Source: Mycolicibacterium smegmatis
GTDB lineage: Bacteria > Actinomycetota > Actinomycetes > Mycobacteriales > Mycobacteriaceae
Length of the DNA: 32,000 nucleotides
Direction of reading: 5' to 3'
NCBI RefSeq assembly: GCF_001457595.1
Contig: NZ_LN831039.1
Coordinates: forward strand, 5,760,001-5,792,000
Position numbers and translations under genes: made by a program. How positions within the stretch are numbered: the stretch's first letter is position 1; the number at the start of each line of letters is the position of its first letter. Positions 25,896 to 32,000 of the stretch are shown here, one piece after another. The notes under the pieces were generated by a model. It saw only the letters and a program-made list of their open reading frames with translations. It did no database searches and had not been told where the DNA came from.

Positions 25896-26726
25896 ATGCG
25901 AGAACTCAGGGTCGTCGGACTGGATGTAGACGGCAAACGCATCATCTGCGAGACCGCCGACTCCGCGGAAATGTTCACTCTGCGTGTGGACGACCGGTTG
26001 CGGGCCGCGCTGCGCGGCGACAAGGTCGCCTCGAACCAGACTGAGATCGATCTAGAGGTTCAAAGCGTGCTGCGTCCCAAGGAAATTCAGGCAAAGATCC
26101 GCGCCGGCGCATCGGTCGAGCAGTTGGCCGCCGCGGCCGGGGTGCCCGTCGAGCGGGTCGAGCGGTTCGCCCACCCGGTGCTGCTGGAGCGCGCGCGTGC
26201 CGCCGAGCTGGCAACCGCGGCGCATCCCGTGCTGGCCGACGGGCCCTCGGTGCTGACGCTGCTGGAGACCGTGACCAAGGCACTGGTGGCGCGCGGGCTC
26301 GATCCTGACGCGGTCGCATGGGACGCCTGGCGCAACGAGGACAGCCGCTGGACCGTCCAGCTGGCCTGGAAGGCCGGCCGCTCGGACAACGTCGCCCACT
26401 TCCGGTTCACCCCCGGCTCACACGGCGGGCTCGTCACGGCGTCCGACGACGCCGCGCACCAGCTGATCAACCCGGACTTCGCGCGCCCGCTGCGGCCCGT
26501 GGCCGCCGTGCCCCAGCTGGAGTTCGAGGCGCCCCAGCCGGCGCAACCGGCCGCGCCGCCACAGCCCGCGCAAGCGGTGCCGACACCGGAACCCGCCCCC
26601 GCACCCGAGCAGGAACCCGAGCCCGCACCTGCCCCCGCCCCCAAGCGCAGCCGCAAGGCCAGGGCCACCGTGCCCGCATGGGAGGACGTGCTGCTGGGCG
26701 TGCGCTCGTCGGGTACGCAGCGCTGA
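25896..26726 (+). CDS. sepH: Cell-division protein SepH (DUF3071; Rv0883c-like)
   Basis: The ATG at 25896 is preceded by AGGAGG. The N-terminal DUF3071 region reads MRELRVVGLDVDGKRIICETADSAEMFTLRVDDRLRAALRG...RPKEIQAKIRAGASVEQLAAAAGVPVERVERFAHPVL. It has a Pro/Ala-rich linker and the conserved C-terminal TVPAWEDVLLGVRS. It lies downstream of serC, as in M. tuberculosis. Confidence 0.85.
   Translation: MRELRVVGLDVDGKRIICETADSAEMFTLRVDDRLRAALRGDKVASNQTEIDLEVQSVLRPKEIQAKIRAGASVEQLAAAAGVPVERVERFAHPVLLERARAAELATAAHPVLADGPSVLTLLETVTKALVARGLDPDAVAWDAWRNEDSRWTVQLAWKAGRSDNVAHFRFTPGSHGGLVTASDDAAHQLINPDFARPLRPVAAVPQLEFEAPQPAQPAAPPQPAQAVPTPEPAPAPEQEPEPAPAPAPKRSRKARATVPAWEDVLLGVRSSGTQR
26529..26642 (+). 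repeat. Low-complexity Pro/Ala/Glu/Gln-rich coding repeat (the SepH linker)
   Basis: It encodes PQPAQPAAPPQPAQAVPTPEPAPAPEQEPEPAPAPAPK. The DNA shows reiterated GAACCCG and CCCGCACC units. Confidence 0.6.
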
Positions 26727-26739
26727 ACCGATAGCGGGA

Positions 26740-27015
26740 TCAGGCGCCGCTGAGCGCGACCGCGAGCAGCGCGATCCAGCCACCGACGACGCCGACGGCG
26801 GACCCGAGCACGAACCAGCGCCACACCGGGCGGTTCCGCCATCCCCACACCGTGGGCGCCAGACCGCCGACCGCGACCATGTTGAGCCCGATCGCGAGCA
26901 GCGGATGCACCCGGATCAGGCCCACGCCGAGCACCACGATCGCCGCGGCCAGCAGCACGGCGACGAACCCGGCCACCGTCAGGCCGGTCCCCCACGGCGT
27001 CGAATCGTCGGTCAC
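26740..27015 (-). CDS. Small integral membrane protein (DUF2537; Rv0882-like)
   Basis: 91 aa with three hydrophobic segments (LTVAGFVAVLLAAAIVVLGVGLI, LLAIGLNMVAVGGLAPTVWGW, WFVLGSAVGVVGGWIALLAVAL). The position is syntenic. Confidence 0.7.
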   Translation of the reverse strand: MTDDSTPWGTGLTVAGFVAVLLAAAIVVLGVGLIRVHPLLAIGLNMVAVGGLAPTVWGWRNRPVWRWFVLGSAVGVVGGWIALLAVALSGA

Positions 27016-27035
27016 GCTGCCAACTTAGCGCCTCG

Positions 27036-27869
27036 TCAGTGCGACAGCCGGGCCCGCTCGTAGAACGCGAGCGCCGCGGCGGTCGCGACGTTGAGCGAAT
27101 CGGTGCCGCGCGACATCGGGATGCGCACGCGCACGTCGCTCGCGCGCATGGTGCGTTCGGTCAGGCCAGGGCCCTCTGCACCCACCAGGATCGCCACCCG
27201 GTCGCCTTCGAGTTGCACCATCGCGTCCGACAACGTCGCAGCGGACGGGTCCGGTGTCATCGCGAGCAGACGGAACCCCTTGTCGCGCAACAACTCCAGA
27301 TCAGTCGGCCACGACGACGCGCGCGCGAACGGCACCAGCAGTGCGTGGCCCATCGACACCCGCACGGCGCGCCGGTACAGCGGATCGGCACAGCCCGCGC
27401 CGAAGATCACGGCGTCGACCGCGAGCCCGGCGGCGTTGCGGAAGATCGAACCGAGGTTCTCGTGGTCGTTGACCCCTTCGAGCACCGCGATGGTGCGCGC
27501 GTCGGCGATCACGTCGTCGACCGTGAGTTCAGCTGCGCGCGGCGCCGAGGCCAGCACGCCGCGGTTGAGGTGGAACCCGATCGCCTCGGCCATCACCTCC
27601 GCGCTCGCGCGGTAGAACGGCACATCGGCGTACTGCGGGTATCGCTGCAGGTCGGCGGAGAGTTCGCCCAGTCTGCGGTCGGTGCCCAGCAGGGCGCGCG
27701 GGACGAAACGCGAGGCCAGCATGCGCTGTACCACCAGAACACCCTCGGCGATCACCAGAGCTTTCCCGGTGGGCAGATCCGGTCTGCGGTCGACGCTGTT
27801 GAGATCGCGGAAGTCGTCGATGCGGGGATCGGCAGGATCGTCGATGTCGATTACTTGCAGCGGGCTCAC
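27036..27869 (-). CDS. TrmH/SpoU-family RNA 2'-O-methyltransferase (Rv0881-like)
   Basis: 277 aa with a GTG start. SpoU motifs are present: [31 protein letters not shown] and [22 protein letters not shown]. Its start overlaps the stop of the upstream MarR gene (GTGA at 27866-27869). Confidence 0.85.
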   Translation of the reverse strand: MSPLQVIDIDDPADPRIDDFRDLNSVDRRPDLPTGKALVIAEGVLVVQRMLASRFVPRALLGTDRRLGELSADLQRYPQYADVPFYRASAEVMAEAIGFHLNRGVLASAPRAAELTVDDVIADARTIAVLEGVNDHENLGSIFRNAAGLAVDAVIFGAGCADPLYRRAVRVSMGHALLVPFARASSWPTDLELLRDKGFRLLAMTPDPSAATLSDAMVQLEGDRVAILVGAEGPGLTERTMRASDVRVRIPMSRGTDSLNVATAAALAFYERARLSH

Positions 27870-28297
27870 ACTTTCTCGTCGACCATGGCCGACATCAGAT
27901 CGGCCGCGGCGATCAGCGTCTGGCGCTGATCGGCATCAAGTTTGCCCAATTGTGTCAGCAGCCATTCCTGGCTCGCACGCTGCTCCGCCTCGACAAGTTC
28001 CACCCCTTCGGCCGACGCCGACACCATGACCTGCCTGCCGTCGGCGGGATGCGCCGTGCGCACCACGAGCCCCTGTTCGGCCAGTGACGTCAGCACACGT
28101 GTCATCGACGGCGGGCGGACCCGTTCGCGTACCGCCAGCGCGCCAGGTGTCATGGAGCCCTCCTTCGCCAGCGTCGACAGCGCCGACAACTGCGTGAGGG
28201 TCACCTTGGAATCCGAACGCTGCGAGCGCAATTGGCGGGCAAATCGAATAACGGCCAGGGCCAGGTCGCTTGCCACGCGCGCGTCCAGATGTTTCAC
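27866..28297 (-). CDS. MarR-family transcriptional regulator (Rv0880-like)
   Basis: The track ORF (27866..28597) is over-extended. The GTG at 28297 gives 143 aa: [95 protein letters not shown].... This is the size I recall for Rv0880. Confidence 0.8.
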   Translation of the reverse strand: MKHLDARVASDLALAVIRFARQLRSQRSDSKVTLTQLSALSTLAKEGSMTPGALAVRERVRPPSMTRVLTSLAEQGLVVRTAHPADGRQVMVSASAEGVELVEAEQRASQEWLLTQLGKLDADQRQTLIAAADLMSAMVDEKV

Positions 28298-28318
28298 AAC
28301 GCAAATACTACTTAGCTG

Positions 28319-28334
28319 TGGGCCCGCAGGCCCA
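28319..28334. promoter_or_regulatory. TGGGCC-CGCA-GGCCCA dyad in the MarR / DUF2530 divergent promoter; candidate MarR operator
   Basis: This is a perfect 6-4-6 inverted repeat in the 81-bp gap between starts at 28297 (-) and 28379 (+). Confidence 0.25.
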
Positions 28335-28378
28335 AATCCAGGGCGGATGTCAGCGGGTCCGTCGGCTACGTTGGGGCG

Positions 28379-28648
28379 GTGACCGGTGCGCCAGAACCGA
28401 ACCCAGACCGCACACCCGTGCCTCCGCAACTGCCCCGTGCGCTGCTCGACCCGCGCCCGGTGATCATCGCGATCGCGCTCGGGTGGCTCGTCGCGACGAT
28501 CGCGGCATTCACGTTGCCGGATCTGCACGCCTGGCGGCCCTACACCGTGGCCGGCCTGGGCGTGGGAGTGCTTGGCACATCGATCTTCCTGTGGCAACGT
28601 CGTGCGGTGCGCCGCGGATCACGCGGTGCCCAAAGCGGATTGACCTGA
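28379..28648 (+). CDS. Small membrane protein (DUF2530; Rv0879c-like)
   Basis: 89 aa with a GTG start and two hydrophobic helices ([37 protein letters not shown]). The position is syntenic, divergent from the Rv0880-like gene. Confidence 0.65.
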   Translation: MTGAPEPNPDRTPVPPQLPRALLDPRPVIIAIALGWLVATIAAFTLPDLHAWRPYTVAGLGVGVLGTSIFLWQRRAVRRGSRGAQSGLT

Positions 28649-28656
28649 GGAGACAC

Positions 28657-29109
28657 ATGGCCGCACCGTTGCTGCAAGCCCAGATCGACATCGACGCGCC
28701 CGTCGAGCGGGTCTGGTCGCTGATCTCGGACCTGCGCCGGATGCCCGAGTGGAGCCCGCAGTGCCGCCTCATGAAGACGATCGGCCCGTTGCGCCCCGGT
28801 GCGCTGACGGTCAACCTCAACCGCCGCAACTTCATGTTCTGGCCGACGACGTGCCACATCCTCGAGGTGATCCCCCAGCAGAAGCTCGCATTCCGCGTCG
28901 ACCTCAACAAGACCGTGTGGGCCTATGAACTCGAGCCCACCGAGACCGGCACGCGCGTGACCGAGAGCCGTCACGCCGAGAACGGCACGACCGCGGTGTC
29001 CAACGCGGTGATCACGGCGTTCTTCGGTGGTGTGCCCAACTTCGAGGGTGAGCTCATCGAGGGCATGAACCAGTCGCTGGCCCGCATCAAGGCGGCAGCC
29101 GAGCGCTGA
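28657..29109 (+). CDS. SRPBCC-superfamily (polyketide cyclase/dehydrase, START-like) protein
   Basis: The track ORF (28270..29109) is over-extended. The ATG at 28657 is preceded by GAGGAG. MAAPLLQAQIDIDAPVERVWSLISDLRRMPEWSPQC... is the typical SRPBCC N-terminus. Length is 150 aa. Confidence 0.8.
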   Translation: MAAPLLQAQIDIDAPVERVWSLISDLRRMPEWSPQCRLMKTIGPLRPGALTVNLNRRNFMFWPTTCHILEVIPQQKLAFRVDLNKTVWAYELEPTETGTRVTESRHAENGTTAVSNAVITAFFGGVPNFEGELIEGMNQSLARIKAAAER

Positions 29110-29129
29110 TCTGCGATCCGATCCGGCCG

Positions 29130-29933
29130 TCAGTCGGCCAGGTCGAGAACCCCGTCGTCGAACGGTTCGTAGAGCGGCGACCCGGTGCCGGGCGGCGCCG
29201 GGGTGTCCGAATGGGCACCACAGCCGTACTCCGAGTCGACGACGTGGCCGTCGGCCGACAGTTCGTTGGCGCACACGCCGAACATCCGGCCCAACGCGCC
29301 ACCGAGCGGGAGGTAGAAGCCGCAGTCGCGGCACACCCGCTTGGTCGAACGGGCCATCGGCGAGTTGGGTCCGAATTCGCCGTCGTGCCAGCGCTGCGCG
29401 GCGGCCGCGCGGCCCCACTCGCTGAGCACCTGGCGACGGCCGAAGCCGAGTTCGAGCGCGGTCTCGTCGATCAGCGGGTCGCCGGTGGCCGAATAGCCGG
29501 GCACCAGCCGCGGATCGTCGGGCGGCGGTGCGAGCAGGTCACCCGGACCCAGATCGCCCGGGCGGATGCGTTCCTGCCACGGCACCCACTTGGGCGCCAG
29601 CAGCGCGGTGGGACCGGGCACGAGCACCAGTTCACTGATCGTGGCGCGGTCGGCGCCTGGATAGGCGGCCACCACGACGGCCCACTGCCAGCCGCGGTAA
29701 CCGGGCATGTTGGCCAGGAAGCGATGCGTCGCCGAGCTCGGGTCCTCGAGCGTCACGCCCAGGTATTCGCCGACGGTGTCCGCACCGCTGAACTCGGTCA
29801 GCGCGGCGCGCGCCACGTCGACGGCACCCCGCAGCACCGACTCCAGGCCCGGCGCGTCGGCCGCCGCGGCGGATCCGAGATCGCTGCCTTCGGCCCGGTC
29901 GGCGGGTTCGGTCACACTTTCCATCGCGTCCAT
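29130..29933 (-). CDS. DUF3027-family protein (Rv0877-like) with a C-terminal Cys/His cluster
   Basis: The track ORF (to 30146) is over-extended. The ATG at 29933 (MDAMESVTEP...) gives 267 aa, and the ATG at 29924 gives 264 aa, close to the size I recall for Rv0877. The C-terminal region reads RVCRDCGFYLPLGGALGRMFGVCANELSADGHVVDSEYGCGAHS. Confidence 0.75.
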   Translation of the reverse strand: MDAMESVTEPADRAEGSDLGSAAAADAPGLESVLRGAVDVARAALTEFSGADTVGEYLGVTLEDPSSATHRFLANMPGYRGWQWAVVVAAYPGADRATISELVLVPGPTALLAPKWVPWQERIRPGDLGPGDLLAPPPDDPRLVPGYSATGDPLIDETALELGFGRRQVLSEWGRAAAAQRWHDGEFGPNSPMARSTKRVCRDCGFYLPLGGALGRMFGVCANELSADGHVVDSEYGCGAHSDTPAPPGTGSPLYEPFDDGVLDLAD

Positions 29934-30010
29934 AGTGCCTGACCGGCACAACGCGGGGCCACACCGGTCGCCTGTGAGCCTTGCGCCGTCGGATAAGAGA
30001 GAATCGAGAA

Positions 30011-31663
30011 GTGACTTACTACCCGCCGCGGCCGCCAGGCGATCGCGGCGCGGAGCATCCCGGGATGGCCAACTATCCCAGCGACGAGACGCACCGCAGG
30101 CCGCGCAGGTCCTCGATGCCGAGCTCCAACCGCTGGCTCCCGCCACTGGACGAAGAGTCCCCTCGCGCTGAGCGCACGGGGTCCGCTCGCGGAGCCGGTC
30201 CCACAGCTGAGCCGGGAGCCGGCGAGCGCGTCACCGTGACCCGCGCCGCCGCGGCACGCAGCCGCGAGATGGGCTCGCGCATGTACGGCCTGGTGCACCG
30301 CGCCGCGACCGCCGACGGCGCCGACAAATCCGGGCTGACCGCGCTCACCTGGCCCGTGGTGGCCAACTTCGCCGTCGACGCCGCCATGGCCGTCGCCCTG
30401 GCCAACACGCTGTTCTTCGCCGCGGCCAGCGGCGAGTCGAAGAGCCGCGTCGCGCTGTACCTGCTGATCACCATCGCGCCGTTCGCGGTGATCGCGCCGC
30501 TCATCGGGCCCGCACTGGACCGCCTGCAGCACGGCCGCCGCGTCGCGCTGGCGGCGTCGTTCGCGCTGCGCACCGTGTTGATCGTGGTGCTGATCGCCAA
30601 CTACGACGGCGCGACCGGCAACTTCCCGTCGTGGGTGCTCTACCCGTGTGCGCTGGGCATGATGGTGCTCTCCAAATCGTTCTCGGTGCTGCGCAGCGCG
30701 GTGACGCCGCGTGTCCTGCCGCCGACCATCGACCTGGTGCGCGTCAACTCGCGGCTCACCACGTTCGGCCTGCTCGGCGGAACGGTCGCCGGTGGCGGTA
30801 TCGCCGCGGGCGCCGAGTACCTGTTCGGCCTCGTGCACCTGCCCGGCGCGCTGTACGTGATCGTCGCGGTCAGCGTCGCCGGCGCGGTGCTGTCGATGCG
30901 CATCCCCAAGTGGGTCGAGGTCACCGAGGGCGAGGTCCCCACGACGCTGAGCTACCACGGCGGCCCCGGGGAACTGCGCCGCCCGGAGCACCCCGACACG
31001 ACAGGTAAGCCCGACAAGCCGCAATCGGTACGCCAGCCCATGGGCCGCAACACGATCACCGCGCTTTGGGGCAACTGCACCATCAAGGTCATGGTCGGGT
31101 TCCTGTTCCTCTATCCCGCGTTCGTCGCCAAGTCGCACGACGCCAGCGGCTGGGAGCAACTGCTGATCCTCGGCATCATCGGCGCGGCCGCGGGCATCGG
31201 GAACTTTGCGGGCAACATGACCGCCGCACGGCTCAAGCTCGGCCACCCGGCGCAGATGGTCGTGCGTCTGGCGATCGTGGTCACCGTGTTCGCGCTGCTG
31301 GCCGCGTTGACCGGCAAGCTGCTGGTGGCCGCGCTCGCGACGCTGGTGACCTCGGGTGCCAGCGCGATCGCCAAGGCCTCACTCGACGCGTCGCTGCAGG
31401 ACGACCTTCCCGAGGCGTCGCGCGCCTCGGCGTTCGGGCGCTCCGAATCGGTGCTGCAGCTCGCGTGGGTGGCCGGCGGCGCCATCGGAGTGCTGATCTA
31501 CACAGACCTCTCAGTCGGGTTCACTACGATCACGGCCGTGCTGATACTCGGCCTGGCCCAGACCATCGTGAGCTACCGCGGCGAATCCCTCATCCCCGGC
31601 TTCGGCGGCAACCGCCCCGTGCTGGCGGAGCAGGAGGGGACGATGGCGTGGGGGGCCCGGTGA
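30011..31663 (+). CDS. MFS-type integral membrane protein with a long hydrophilic N-terminus (Rv0876c-like)
   Basis: The track ORF starts at TTG 29981. The GTG at 30011 has purine-rich AAGAGAGAA upstream and gives 550 aa, close to the size I recall for Rv0876c. About 110 hydrophilic residues precede the first TM (LTALTWPVVANFAVDAAMAVALANTLFF). The start is uncertain; an ATG at 30065 is also possible. Confidence 0.75.
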   Translation: MTYYPPRPPGDRGAEHPGMANYPSDETHRRPRRSSMPSSNRWLPPLDEESPRAERTGSARGAGPTAEPGAGERVTVTRAAAARSREMGSRMYGLVHRAATADGADKSGLTALTWPVVANFAVDAAMAVALANTLFFAAASGESKSRVALYLLITIAPFAVIAPLIGPALDRLQHGRRVALAASFALRTVLIVVLIANYDGATGNFPSWVLYPCALGMMVLSKSFSVLRSAVTPRVLPPTIDLVRVNSRLTTFGLLGGTVAGGGIAAGAEYLFGLVHLPGALYVIVAVSVAGAVLSMRIPKWVEVTEGEVPTTLSYHGGPGELRRPEHPDTTGKPDKPQSVRQPMGRNTITALWGNCTIKVMVGFLFLYPAFVAKSHDASGWEQLLILGIIGAAAGIGNFAGNMTAARLKLGHPAQMVVRLAIVVTVFALLAALTGKLLVAALATLVTSGASAIAKASLDASLQDDLPEASRASAFGRSESVLQLAWVAGGAIGVLIYTDLSVGFTTITAVLILGLAQTIVSYRGESLIPGFGGNRPVLAEQEGTMAWGAR

Positions 31664-32000
31664 AGCGCACCTTCGGGATCCTCGGGCTCGTCGTCGTCCT
31701 CGCGATCGCAGGCACCGGGATCGGTGTCTGGCGGCTGAGCAGCTCCCACGGCGAGAATCTGCCGCAGATCAGCGCCTACTCACACGGGCACACCGTGCGC
31801 ACCGGACCGTTCCAGTACTGCCCGGTGCTCGACCTCGACAACTGCCTCGACCCGCGCGAGGCGGCCGAACTGCGGGTCACCGAGAAGTACCCCGTGCAGC
31901 TTTCGGTGCCGTCGGCGATCGGACGGGCCCCATGGCGCCTGCTGCGGGTATACGAAAACCCCATCGACACAACGGTTTCGGTGTACCGCCCCAACACCAC
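31660..32000 (+). CDS. Exported/membrane-anchored protein, DUF2771-like (Rv0875c-like), N-terminal part (continues right of the window)
   Basis: Missing from the ORF track because it has no stop in the window. The GTG at 31660 overlaps the stop of the preceding gene (GTGA). It translates to VKRTFGILGLVVVLAIAGTGIGVWRLSSSHGENLPQISAYSHGHTVRTGPFQYCPVLDLDNCLDPREAAELRVTEKYPVQLSVPSAIGRAPWRLLRVYENP..., a signal/anchor helix followed by a soluble domain. Confidence 0.65.
   Translation, partial: MKRTFGILGLVVVLAIAGTGIGVWRLSSSHGENLPQISAYSHGHTVRTGPFQYCPVLDLDNCLDPREAAELRVTEKYPVQLSVPSAIGRAPWRLLRVYENPIDTTVSVYRPNT

Overview
This is a GC-rich actinobacterial chromosome. Gene content and order match the conserved mycobacterial core block that corresponds, from memory, to M. 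tuberculosis Rv0903c to Rv0875c: prrA, prrB, Rv0898c-like, Rv0897c-like, gltA2, citA, Rv0887c-like, fprB, Rv0885-like, serC, sepH/Rv0883c-like, then Rv0882-, 0881-, 0880-, 0879c-, 0877-, 0876c- and 0875c-like genes. It is the fast-grower (Mycolicibacterium smegmatis-like) version, with extra genes interleaved: a LysR regulator, an epoxide hydrolase, three ABC exporter genes, an FKBP isomerase, a MarR-MFS pair, a YbaK-type deacylase, a TetR-MFS-pdxH string, a DinB-like protein, a second VOC protein, map and an SRPBCC protein. I call 37 protein-coding genes. Two of them run off the window edges and are missing from the ORF track. Many track ORFs needed their starts trimmed because high-GC open frames run upstream of the real start. 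I found no rRNA, tRNA, CRISPR array, transposase, integrase or phage gene, and no recognisable defence island. This is an ordinary, tightly packed housekeeping region, not an accessory island. The most system-like piece of unknown function is a two-gene redox cassette: an AurF-like diiron oxygenase translationally linked to the ferredoxin/ferredoxin-NADP reductase fusion FprB. The most unusual thing in the raw sequence is a second, out-of-frame copy of the last 10 codons plus stop of the FKBP gene, which differs from the live copy only at synonymous positions. Other observations are a heterodimeric ABC exporter with one degenerate ATP site, a long interrupted palindrome that exactly fills a convergent intergenic gap, a tandem duplication of a gene end that includes its stop codon, and several short dyads in divergent promoter regions.
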